Positions 38,692 to 47,436 of a DNA stretch of 64,000 bases are shown in pieces. The stretch is from the NCBI GenBank assembly GCA_964536975.1, contig CAZHYS010000001.1, positions 34,329-98,328 of the forward strand, given 5' to 3'. Every line of letters begins with the position of its first letter. The first letter of the stretch is position 1. The notes under the pieces are model-generated. The model ran no database searches. It saw nothing but the letters and a program-made list of their open reading frames with translations, and had not been told where the DNA came from. The position numbers and the translations under genes are program-made. This DNA is from an uncultured Gammaproteobacteria bacterium. GTDB lineage: Bacteria; Patescibacteriota; Patescibacteriia; 2-01-FULL-39-33.

Positions 38692-39327
38692 CTATGCTTT
38701 TTTTCGCCGTTTGGCGACTGCCAATCCGGCGAGACCCAGACCGAGCAGTGTCATCGTCGCCGGCTCGGGGACGATTGAGGCCGGGCCCGTGGCAGTGATG
38801 GAGATATGACTGACCCTATCTGCCATTAGTAGCGGGTCGTCGTAGATAATTGGCGACTCTTGTCCGTAGTAGTTGATATTGAAGTCAACTGTCCACCCGG
38901 GCAACGATGACGAGACGGAATCCAAATGGTAGTCCAGCCGGTATCCTCCCCAGATATCGTCCGGGTGGTTATATTCAAATACCCGCGCCGTGATCTCATC
39001 AAACTCCGCCGTCCTTCCGGCCAGTAGTCCCCAAATCTCATTATCACGAAACTCCAGCAGGCCGTTCCCAAGAGTCACATCATATGTCCTGGTGCCGGCC
39101 ACATCTGATACGAGTTCAATGTCGATCAAGTCGGCAGTAAAATCATAGTCGGCGCTTTGGATTCCCATCCCCACCGACTCTCGGACGGAGTAGAACCACT
39201 CGCCCGAATCAATATTACCTCCGCCATAGCCGGCCCCTGACCAGTGGTAGGTGATCATATCCGCGGACGCGATGCCGCAGAAAATAGTCATGACCGCCGT
39301 GGTTGCAAAGAACATACTGCTTCTCAT
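38692..39327 (-). CDS. Secreted PEP-CTERM sorting-domain protein
   Basis: Signal peptide 'MRSSMFFATTAVMTIFCGIASA'; C-terminus 'VPEPATMTLLGLGLAGLAVAKRRKKA' (PEP + TM + basic tail); GC noticeably higher than neighbours. Confidence 0.75.
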   Translation of the reverse strand: MRSSMFFATTAVMTIFCGIASADMITYHWSGAGYGGGNIDSGEWFYSVRESVGMGIQSADYDFTADLIDIELVSDVAGTRTYDVTLGNGLLEFRDNEIWGLLAGRTAEFDEITARVFEYNHPDDIWGGYRLDYHLDSVSSSLPGWTVDFNINYYGQESPIIYDDPLLMADRVSHISITATGPASIVPEPATMTLLGLGLAGLAVAKRRKKA

Positions 39328-39434
39328 CCAAAAACCTCCTTATTTTGGTTGTTTCTCGGTTTCAGTATTGCGGTATAATAATAGCATGTTATTATAATCC
39401 TGTCAAGCATTTTTAAAATAAATGATTTATTTTT

Positions 39435-39462
39435 TTGACATTTTATATTTATATGGTATAAT
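39435..39462 (+). promoter_or_regulatory. Near-consensus sigma70 promoter (TTGACA-16-TATAAT)
   Basis: TTGACA 39435-39440, 16-nt AT-rich spacer, TATAAT 39457-39462; followed by a 36-codon ORF and hairpin ccttgcaagtcgcaagg before MFS gene. Confidence 0.5.
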
Positions 39463-39729
39463 ACATTTACCATTAGATTTTATTAATATGGAACAAAAAT
39501 TTAAACAAATTCACTTGGCCTACAGAACCGATCGCGGCATGGATGTCGTCTCCGGCGTCTTTTCTTATGGTTTGGCCAAGGCAGTGTTTAAATTTTGAAT
39601 AATTCCCAACTTCAAATAATCAAAAACTTCCTCGGCCAGACCGCCGAGTTTTTTGTTTTTCGCCGGTCGGGATTGCACCTTACAACCGTCCTTGCAAGTC
39701 GCAAGGGCCAAACAGCAGGAGGAAGTGAC

Positions 39730-40926
39730 ATGGATACGAAACAGGCGCAAAGAAATGTGGCGTTGTATTACTTTTTTCAGCTTCTGCGGGAGCCGTTGTT
39801 CTGGGGACCGATTCTAATAAGTTATATCATGGCGGTTTCGCGAATGACGCTGTCGGAGATTTACGCGATGGAGGCGATCTGTCTGGTCGGAATAATGCTT
39901 TTGGAAGTGCCTTCCGGCGCGCTGGCCGATTTGCTCGGCCGCCGCCGGACCATCTTTATCGGCTCGGCGTTGTTTATCGCCGACAATCTGGTTTTTGCCT
40001 TGGCCGATAGCAAGCTGATGATTTGGTCAGCTAATCTGATTTGGGTCGTCGGTTTTTCTCTGGTATCCGGCGCGGACAGCTCACTGCTTTATGACAGCCT
40101 GAAAGTGCTGGGACAAGAAGACGATTACAAAAAGATAGAAGGCCGTTCCACTGCCTATCGTTTTTTGCTAGCGGCGGCGTGTTCGGTTTTTGTCGGCTAT
40201 CTGACCAGTTACAGCTGGCGCTTGCCGGTCGGATTGGGAGTTGTTTTTATCGCCGCCAATTGTCTAGTGACTTGGTTTTTTGTTGAGCCGCCATTTGCCG
40301 GCGGCAAGAAATACAGCGCCGCCGGACATTGGCAATTGATGAAGTTGAGTGTGTTATTTGTCGCTAATCATCGCCCGGTCAAATGGGTGATCGTTTTTTC
40401 GGTTCTGGTGGGGGTGGTGTCCAAGATTTGGTTTTTCACCTACAACCCCTATTTTGAACTAGTCGGATTGCCGCTTCATTATTACGGCTGGTTGTTTTTC
40501 GGGCTCAATTTGGTCGCGGCGTTTTTTTGCCATCAGGCCGATCGCTTGTATAGAAGGCTGGGCGACTTCGGCAGTATCGTGATGATGCTCTCGGCAGTCA
40601 GTTTGCCGATTTTGGCGATGGGCCTTGTCGTCTCTAAGCCGCTGGCGCTGTTGGTGATTATGCAGAATGTGGCGCGCGGTTATTACAACCCGTTCATTGG
40701 CCACTTTCTCCATCGTTATCTGGACTCGGCCAATCGGGCGACGGTCGTCTCTATTAAGTCGGCAGTCCGCGGCTTGGGGGAATTCGTCATGCTCGGCGCT
40801 TTCGGGCTCTTGCTCAAGGCAGTATCATTGCCGGTCGGGTTGGAAATTTTGGGAGGAATTTCCCTGGCCGGCGGCGTTTGGCTGATTGTTTCGTATCGAC
40901 GGATTTTCGTTGATACAACCGATTAA
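39730..40926 (+). CDS. MFS transporter
   Basis: 12 TM helices, 'GALADLLGRRR' MFS motif A-like; start chosen at ATG with AGGAGG RBS (ORF opens at 39595). Confidence 0.7.
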   Translation: MDTKQAQRNVALYYFFQLLREPLFWGPILISYIMAVSRMTLSEIYAMEAICLVGIMLLEVPSGALADLLGRRRTIFIGSALFIADNLVFALADSKLMIWSANLIWVVGFSLVSGADSSLLYDSLKVLGQEDDYKKIEGRSTAYRFLLAAACSVFVGYLTSYSWRLPVGLGVVFIAANCLVTWFFVEPPFAGGKKYSAAGHWQLMKLSVLFVANHRPVKWVIVFSVLVGVVSKIWFFTYNPYFELVGLPLHYYGWLFFGLNLVAAFFCHQADRLYRRLGDFGSIVMMLSAVSLPILAMGLVVSKPLALLVIMQNVARGYYNPFIGHFLHRYLDSANRATVVSIKSAVRGLGEFVMLGAFGLLLKAVSLPVGLEILGGISLAGGVWLIVSYRRIFVDTTD

Positions 40927-41060
40927 AATCCGTTCGCGCCGCTCAAGTCTCATCGGAGATTTGGGCGGCTTTTTTATTGCTGTTAAAGTGGAAATTAAGA
41001 GAATCAGTCTTGGGATAAGTGCCGAAAGTTAAAAAATAATTTTTTAATAAAAAAATAAAC

Positions 41061-41107
41061 CCCCGCTCCGATTCTTTCCCGAGACAGTCGAGAAAGTCGG
41101 AGCGGGG
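41061..41107 (-). terminator. Hairpin terminator between convergent MFS and ankyrin genes
   Basis: 'ccccgctccga...tcggagcgggg' stem with A-run on + strand (T-run on - strand) at 41041-41060. Confidence 0.55.
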
Positions 41108-41123
41108 CGTGGAGTGGGGGCAG

Positions 41124-41900
41124 TTATTCGTGGCCGCCATGGCGTTTGAGGAAATTGACGACCCGGGCAAGATAGGCATCGGTTCCAGTGAAGAATAATC
41201 CGGGGTTGGCGGCAGTATTGACAGCCAGCGCAAGAGGCGTTTTACCGTTCGTAGTCCGGCTGTTGATTGGGATGCCGGCCTTTACCAGCATTCTTGAAGC
41301 CGCCAATTTGCAACTTTCGGCGGCGGCATGAAGGGCGTTATAGCCGCGGCCATCTTTGGCTTGCAACTCTGCGCCGCTACGCAACAAAATGCGCATTGCT
41401 TTTGTTTGGTTGCATCTAGCCGCGAAGTGAAGCAGTGTCTCTTTTCGGTTGGTGTCGCCATTGACGACAGTGGCATTGACGTCGGCTCCGTGTTTAATCA
41501 GCAGGCGCAGAGTGCTCTGGTCATGATTGGCTATCGCGCATTGGAGGAGTTGGCCAGAGTTTTTGACTTTAGCGCCACACGCGATGAGCCGGCGGCAGAA
41601 GTCGGTTTTTTTCTTAGACACGGCGTAGCCGAGCAGGGTTGTTGCCGCCGGAGCATAAAGGTTGGTCATCAGCGGTACGATGTTGTCGTTGATGTTATCC
41701 AAACAAAACGGCAAAATCGCCTCAAATGACTCATTGTCTCCGCGCTCAATTGCCATCATCAAAATATGGGCGGGTGTGTTGCCGGTCAGTTTCTCCACGG
41801 CTTTTTGGAGACACTGATACTGTACGACCTTCTCGATAAGTATGGCGATCTTGTCAAGAAGCTCCTCCTTAATAGGTGGCTTTTTTTTGGTTGTCTTCAT
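41124..41900 (-). CDS. Ankyrin-repeat protein
   Basis: Several 33-aa repeats 'LLHFAARCNQTKAMRILLRSGAELQAKDGRGYNALHAAA', 'TPLALAV'. Confidence 0.75.
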   Translation of the reverse strand: MKTTKKKPPIKEELLDKIAILIEKVVQYQCLQKAVEKLTGNTPAHILMMAIERGDNESFEAILPFCLDNINDNIVPLMTNLYAPAATTLLGYAVSKKKTDFCRRLIACGAKVKNSGQLLQCAIANHDQSTLRLLIKHGADVNATVVNGDTNRKETLLHFAARCNQTKAMRILLRSGAELQAKDGRGYNALHAAAESCKLAASRMLVKAGIPINSRTTNGKTPLALAVNTAANPGLFFTGTDAYLARVVNFLKRHGGHE

Positions 41901-42059
41901 TTCCCTTCTTCCTCCTTTACCAAGGGTTTGGCCAGTCGGCCGTTATTCCCAAGTAATGAAAAAGTGCGAAAAATTCTGTCCCAAGCTTACCAAGAATATC
42001 AGTTTTTGTCAATCTTTTGACTTATTGAGCCAAGAAGACTAAAATAATAAAGAAGTTAA

Positions 42060-43133
42060 ATGTTTTACATTATGGAACTCCTTCTTATTATTCTGACCGC
42101 AGTTTTGATTGCCGGCGTCATCGGTTTGTTTTTATTTTTTAATAAAAAATTTGCCGAGCTCACCGGCGCCAAAAAAGACGATCAATCGTTTTTGATGCTT
42201 CAAGAGCGGATCAAAGAGCTCAATCAGACAATGGACAACAAACTGGCTGAGTCAACCCGGCAGATTCAGATGCATTTCGGCCAGAGCGCCAAAATCATTG
42301 AGTCGGTGACCGAGAAGCTCACCAAACTGGATGAGACCAATCGTCAGGTGGTCAACTTTGCTGATCAACTCCAGCGTTTGCAGGATATTCTCAAAAATCC
42401 CAAACAGCGCGGCATTTTCGGCGAGTATCAATTGGAGATGCTGCTCAAAAACGCTTTTCAGCCCAATCAGTACAAGATGCAATATTCGCTCGGCAAAGAT
42501 TCCAAGACCGGCCAGGATTTGATCGTTGATGCTGTTTTGTTTCTCGGCGATAAGGTCATTCCGATTGATTCCAAATTTTCTCTGGAAAATTACAACAAGA
42601 TAATAGAAGAGAATGATCCGGCCAAGCGCGAGCAATTGGAGTTGGCGTTCAAAAACGATCTCAAAAAGAGGATTGACGAAACCGCCAAGTACATCCGGCC
42701 GGACAAGGGGACGCTGGATTTCGCTTTTATGTTTATTCCGGCGGAGGGAATCTTTTATGATCTGCTCATCAACAAAGTCGGCGTCATCAAGGTGAACACT
42801 CGTGATTTGATTGACTATGCCGTCAATGAGAAAAAGGTCCATATCGTCTCGCCGACTACTTTTTATGTGACGCTCCAATCGCTCTGGCATGGCATGCGCG
42901 CCTTCCAGATCCAGGAGCAGACCAAGGAAATTTTGAAAAACGTCGGCCAATTGGACAAACATTTGAAATCTTACGAAGAATTTTTGCAGAAGCTCGGCGG
43001 GCATTTGGGGACGACGGTCAATATGTACAACAGCGCGTATCAAGAATTCAAAAAAATAGACAAAGATGTGGTTCGCCTGGTCGGCGGTGACAGCAAGGTT
43101 GACCCGTTGCAGATTGACAAGCCGCAGGCGTAA
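42060..43133 (+). CDS. rmuC: DNA recombination protein RmuC
   Basis: N-terminal TM helix, long coiled-coil, C-terminal 'FAFMFIPAEGIFYDLL' RmuC nuclease-like domain. Confidence 0.7.
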   Translation: MFYIMELLLIILTAVLIAGVIGLFLFFNKKFAELTGAKKDDQSFLMLQERIKELNQTMDNKLAESTRQIQMHFGQSAKIIESVTEKLTKLDETNRQVVNFADQLQRLQDILKNPKQRGIFGEYQLEMLLKNAFQPNQYKMQYSLGKDSKTGQDLIVDAVLFLGDKVIPIDSKFSLENYNKIIEENDPAKREQLELAFKNDLKKRIDETAKYIRPDKGTLDFAFMFIPAEGIFYDLLINKVGVIKVNTRDLIDYAVNEKKVHIVSPTTFYVTLQSLWHGMRAFQIQEQTKEILKNVGQLDKHLKSYEEFLQKLGGHLGTTVNMYNSAYQEFKKIDKDVVRLVGGDSKVDPLQIDKPQA

Positions 43134-43153
43134 TTGTTTTCGCGTCGCTTATC

Positions 43154-44506
43154 ATGCCGCTTAACGCCGCGCCAATGACGATAAAAAACACAAAACCGAC
43201 AATCATTTTGACGCTTTTTGTCGTCGCCAGTTTTTGTTTATTTTTGCTTCTCAATATCCGCGCGCCGCTCAAAATCCAGGGTGACGGCGTTTTTTATTAT
43301 TCTTGGCTTCATTCGGCGGCGTGGGACAAAGATTTGGATTTTTCCAATCAGTTGGCGCATTTTGCCGACTATGATTTTTTCAGCCGGAAATTCACCGAAG
43401 AAAATGTTAGGACTGCCATCGGAATGACCCCCAATCCGTATGCGCTTGGGACAGCCATAATGTGGTTGCCCTTTGTCGCTGTCGCGCATTTTTTGACTTT
43501 ATTTTGGCCGGGAGATTTTTTGACCGATGGTTATTCTTATTTTTATGTCTTGGCGGTGAACTTTGCCTCGTGGTTTTATGGTCTAGCGGCTCTGTGGCTA
43601 TTGTGGCGGATGCTGAAAAATTTTTTTAGCGAGCGAGCGGCGCTACTGTCATCTCTGTCATTGTGGCTGGCGACGCCCTGGGTGTATTATCAATTTTTTG
43701 AGCCGTCAATGTCGCATTCGGCCTCGTTGTTTCTGTCAGCGGCCTGGCTTTGGCTGCTGGTAGAATTGTGGCGGGGGAGACGAATCGGAAAATTGAGATT
43801 CGTCACGATAGTTTTTCTGCTGGTCGCCGTCCGCTGGCAGAATGTTTTATTTCTCATCGCTTTTTTGCCGTTTGCCGGCCGATTATCCAAACCGCAAATT
43901 CCTTCGCCGACGCAGGATTTTATTTGGCCGCGATTGGGGGAGTCAGGGCAATGGAAATCGGCAATCAAGGATTTGATAATTTTGTTATTGCCGCTCGTGG
44001 CGTTTATTTTTCTGCAAGCGGCTGTCTGGAAAACGATTTATGGCGAATATTTTTTGGTCCCGCAAGGGCATACTTTTGTCCGGCCGGAGTTTCACGGGCT
44101 TTATACTTTGTTTTCTACTGACCGCGGCTTGCTGTTGTGGTCGCCGGTGCTAGTCGCGGCTTTTGTCGGCCTGGCTTGGCTGTGGCAAAAATCAAAATTT
44201 TGGACAATCATCGTTTTTTCGGTTTTCGCGTTGCAGTGGCTGATAAACAGCTCGCTCAATGACTTGGGCGGAGGCGACGCTTTTGGCGGCCGGCGGTTTA
44301 TTGAGACTTTGCCGTTTTTGGCTTTACCTCTCTCGGCTTTGTTGGACCGATTCAAAAAGATATATCTTCCGGCGGTTGCCGTAGTGATCATCTTGATCTT
44401 TTGGAATCTGCTTCTCATTCAAAATTATCGGCTGGGCAATATTCCCCATTCGGGGGAATTTGAAATCAGGCGATCTTTAATTGATGCATTGTCTCTTGAC
44501 AATTGA
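43154..44506 (+). CDS. Multi-pass membrane protein, possible GT-C-fold glycosyltransferase
   Basis: 450 aa, about 10 TM helices, Trp/Phe-rich loops; no firm family. Confidence 0.4.
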   Translation: MPLNAAPMTIKNTKPTIILTLFVVASFCLFLLLNIRAPLKIQGDGVFYYSWLHSAAWDKDLDFSNQLAHFADYDFFSRKFTEENVRTAIGMTPNPYALGTAIMWLPFVAVAHFLTLFWPGDFLTDGYSYFYVLAVNFASWFYGLAALWLLWRMLKNFFSERAALLSSLSLWLATPWVYYQFFEPSMSHSASLFLSAAWLWLLVELWRGRRIGKLRFVTIVFLLVAVRWQNVLFLIAFLPFAGRLSKPQIPSPTQDFIWPRLGESGQWKSAIKDLIILLLPLVAFIFLQAAVWKTIYGEYFLVPQGHTFVRPEFHGLYTLFSTDRGLLLWSPVLVAAFVGLAWLWQKSKFWTIIVFSVFALQWLINSSLNDLGGGDAFGGRRFIETLPFLALPLSALLDRFKKIYLPAVAVVIILIFWNLLLIQNYRLGNIPHSGEFEIRRSLIDALSLDN

Positions 44507-44518
44507 ATTTCGCCACCT

Positions 44519-44930
44519 TTGTCATTGCGAGTCCGCCGCGGCGGATATGGCAATCCCATATTGATTAAGAGTAACCATTCTAAAAACATGGGATCGCCAC
44601 AGTCGTCCGCTTTCGTATTAACAAAATCGTCCTCCCTCGCGATGACACAGTCTTTCGGGTTACCGACTATTCCGAGTTCCGTAGAGACGTCCCGAGCGTT
44701 CGGGGCGTCTCTACAATTATTACTGATTACTTGTTACTTATTACGGTTTCATAGACTTTATGAACTTTACGGACTTTATAGACTTTTGACTACTAAAATT
44801 CCATGTTATGCGTTACGTGATTTCCGAGTTACGAGTCGCGAGTTCCGGGTTGCGGATAGACGCGATAAATCGCGTCTCTACAAATCCCTACATCCTAATT
44901 CCTAATTCCTAATCCCTGTGCTATAATATA
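44519..44930. repeat. Composite intergenic repeat block (palindromic 'gtcattgcgag...cgcgatgacaca', 'ccgagttacgagtcgcgagttccg', 'cctaattcctaa' arrays)
   Basis: Related copies at 50100-50310 and 62150-62300; ORF 44519..44905 here is repeat-derived. Confidence 0.6.
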
Positions 44931-44936
44931 CTCATT

Positions 44937-45899
44937 ATGGAAGGTGAAATCAAAAAATTTTTACGCCGTTTGTCACAGGAATTTTTTTTGTTCGCGCCGC
45001 AGAAAAACGGCCGGATTTTAAAGATCAAAGAAGTCCGCGACATTGACGATATTGATTGGTCGGGAGCGATTCCGCAAAACACTTGGAAGGAGCTATTTTT
45101 GCCGGCGAGAGAAAAACTTTTTGACATCTCGGCCGATCGGCTTGTTTCAGCTGGAAAGAGCGGGCCGAAAGTTGCCGCTATTGGGGTCAATGTCGTTGAC
45201 CTCAAAGCAATTACCTTGTTTGAGTTGGTATTTAGCCGCGATGTTTATTATCAGGCGCGTCGGCGCAATACTCTGATTGTCGGTTATAGCTCATCGTGGC
45301 CCAATGATTACAAAAAATACAAAGTCTTCAGCCACAATTTTGAAGAGGATATTTTGGAACACTTGATTTTTGATATTTTTATCGCTCATTTTGCCGACGG
45401 CCGATTGAAGATTTATTCCGGTTCGGAAAAGGGCCAGCGGGCGCTGGAATCTGGCGGCATCAAAAATTATGAACACATAGAATTTGCCGGACCGATTTCC
45501 GAAAAGGGTCCGGACAAAAGGATGTTGCTGCTCAAGAAAAAAATGGAATCGTCAGAAGGCAGAAAAGTTTGGGATGAATTAGGCAAGACTTGCATCGCTT
45601 GCGGCAAATGTTCCATCGCTTGTCCGACTTGTTTCTGCTTTGACTTGGAAGACAAAATGGATCCGGACAATTCCGGCCGGAATAGAAAATGGGGCAACTG
45701 TTTTTATAATGATTTTTCACTGGTGGCCGGCGGCGGCAAAGAGCTGGACACAGTCAAGAAAAAAATATTTTTTTGGTATTTTCACAAGTTCGTCCGCATT
45801 CCTTTTGAATATATGATTCCCGGCTGTGTCGGCTGCGGCCGGTGCAGCCGCGCCTGCCCGGTCGGGATAAAGATAGAAGAAGTGTTAAAGAAAATTTAA
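44937..45899 (+). CDS. hydB: [NiFe] hydrogenase group 3b-like beta subunit (4Fe-4S dicluster; HydB/AsrA-like)
   Basis: 'CIACGKCSIACPTCFCF' and 'CVGCGRCSRACPVG' ferredoxin-type motifs; first gene of B-G-D-A order. Confidence 0.65.
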   Translation: MEGEIKKFLRRLSQEFFLFAPQKNGRILKIKEVRDIDDIDWSGAIPQNTWKELFLPAREKLFDISADRLVSAGKSGPKVAAIGVNVVDLKAITLFELVFSRDVYYQARRRNTLIVGYSSSWPNDYKKYKVFSHNFEEDILEHLIFDIFIAHFADGRLKIYSGSEKGQRALESGGIKNYEHIEFAGPISEKGPDKRMLLLKKKMESSEGRKVWDELGKTCIACGKCSIACPTCFCFDLEDKMDPDNSGRNRKWGNCFYNDFSLVAGGGKELDTVKKKIFFWYFHKFVRIPFEYMIPGCVGCGRCSRACPVGIKIEEVLKKI

Positions 45900-45914
45900 A
45901 GCTAAAAATGAAAA

Positions 45915-46289
45915 ATGCAAAATAACAGCGCAAAATTTAAAATTGATCTGAAAAAGAGGTCATATCTATATGCTTTGGATATCATAAAATTTTTAGACAA
46001 TTTAGATAAAAAAGATTTTTTCGTTGAGGTGATTATTAAACAACTTTTAAGAAGTGCTACAAGTATCGGCGCCAATATTATTGAGGCCCAAGCCGGAAGC
46101 AGTAAGAAAGATTTTACTAATTTTTTCAGTTATGCCTTAAAATCAGCAAATGAAAGTAAATTTTGGCTGGCTCTGCTTAGGGATTCAGCCAAGTCTAAGA
46201 GAAATGAAGTAGATGATTTGCTGGCGGAGACAAACGAAATAGCAAATATTCTCGGTTCCAGTATTTTGACTTTGAAAGGCAAAAGGTGA
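45915..46289 (+). CDS. Four-helix-bundle protein (23S rRNA intervening-sequence protein family)
   Basis: 'LLRSATSIGANIIEAQAGSSKKDF' signature. Confidence 0.7.
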   Translation: MQNNSAKFKIDLKKRSYLYALDIIKFLDNLDKKDFFVEVIIKQLLRSATSIGANIIEAQAGSSKKDFTNFFSYALKSANESKFWLALLRDSAKSKRNEVDDLLAETNEIANILGSSILTLKGKR

Positions 46290-46369
46290 TTTATATTTTA
46301 AGTTTTTATTTTTAATTTTTCATTTTGCGTTTTTCGCTTTACGCTTTCCGCTTTACGTCTTACGTTTTT

Positions 46370-47188
46370 ATGCTCAACATCTACCAACCCCATCAAGCCA
46401 AGATCGTTTCGGCGGTTCAAGAATCAATTGACACTTGTCTTTTTAGATTCAAATTTGTTGACCTTGGCGTCCAGGACGATTTCCGTTTTTTGCCCGGCCA
46501 ATTTGTCCAAATCGGTTTGCCCGGTTGGGGAGAATGTCCGATTAGCATTTGTTCATCGTCTGCCGATAGCGAAGATTTTTTTGAATTGGCCATTAGGGAT
46601 GTCGGGACACTCACTCACAAATTGAATAGCTTGAGGGCCGGCGATATCGTTGATGTGCGCGGGCCGTTTGGCAATGGTTTTGACGCGGACTTATTCAAAG
46701 GCAAGCCGCTACTGCTCATTGGCGGCGGTTGCGGTTTTATTCCTTTGCGGTCGCTAATAATTGATCATCTTCATAGTCGGCTGAAGAATACCAGCCTGCA
46801 GATTCTTTATGGTTGCGCCAGTGAAAGCACGATGCTGTTTAAAAAAGATCACGCCGCTTGGAATCGGCGCGCCGAGCTGAAAGTCATCTTGGAGCATCCA
46901 TCAAAGGAATGGAGGGGCGAGCGGGGATTGGTCACGGACCTAATCGGCAAAATAAAAATTACCAGCGATACGGTCGCGGTGCTGGTCGGGCCGCCGGTAA
47001 TGTACAAATTCGTCATCAAAGAACTCAAAAAAAAGAAAATCAGCGCGGAAAATATTTTTGTGTCGCTGGAAAAAAGAATGTATTGCGGCGTCGGCGTTTG
47101 CCAGCATTGCGCCATTGGTCCGTTTTATGTCTGTAAAGATGGCCCGGTTTTCCGGTGGTTAGATATTGAAAAGTATTATAGTCAATAA
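46370..47188 (+). CDS. hydG: Hydrogenase gamma subunit (FAD/NAD(P)-binding + C-terminal 2Fe-2S; HydG/AsrB-like)
   Basis: 'FLPGQFVQIGLPGWGECPISICS', 'LLLIGGGCGFIPLRS', C-terminus 'CGVGVCQHCAIGPFYVCKDGPVF'; ORF opens at 46325 within repeat-like sequence. Confidence 0.65.
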   Translation: MLNIYQPHQAKIVSAVQESIDTCLFRFKFVDLGVQDDFRFLPGQFVQIGLPGWGECPISICSSSADSEDFFELAIRDVGTLTHKLNSLRAGDIVDVRGPFGNGFDADLFKGKPLLLIGGGCGFIPLRSLIIDHLHSRLKNTSLQILYGCASESTMLFKKDHAAWNRRAELKVILEHPSKEWRGERGLVTDLIGKIKITSDTVAVLVGPPVMYKFVIKELKKKKISAENIFVSLEKRMYCGVGVCQHCAIGPFYVCKDGPVFRWLDIEKYYSQ

Positions 47189-47236
47189 AGTCAAAAGTCA
47201 AAAGTCTATAAAGTCCGTAAAGTCCATAAAGTCAAA
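47182..47236. repeat. Inverted-repeat partner of 44748-44793 (about 38 bp core, 1 mismatch)
   Basis: 'agtcaaaagtctataaagtccgtaaagtccataaagtc' is reverse complement of 'gactttatgaactttacggactttatagacttttgact'. Confidence 0.7.
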
Positions 47237-47321
47237 TTGACAAATTGTTATATTGTTAAATTGTCCGCTGCCGTTTTAAAATTAAAAATTGTTTTGAAAT
47301 TTTAAATTTAAAATTGGAAAT

Positions 47322-47362
47322 TTTATTAGACATTAGAAATTAGACATTAGAAATTTTATTAG
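47322..47362. repeat. 'tagaaatt/tagacatt' repeat array; inverted partner at 52751-52781, related copy 57310-57350
   Basis: 'ttttattagacattagaaattagacattagaaattttattag' vs 'tctaatttctaatgtctaatttctaataaaa'. Confidence 0.65.
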
Positions 47363-47436
47363 TCCCTAATCGCTAAATGCTACTTGCTATACGCCATAAG
47401 CCATAAGCTATTCGCTATTTGCCATAAGCCATTCCT

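Noticed and set aside
42252-43043. 263-aa ORF on - strand
   Set aside because: Antisense to rmuC; low-complexity Leu/Gln-rich translation typical of shadow ORFs.
44519-44905. 128-aa ORF 'MSLRVRRGGYGNPILIKS...'
   Set aside because: Encoded entirely by the composite palindromic repeat block; a typical spurious repeat-derived ORF.
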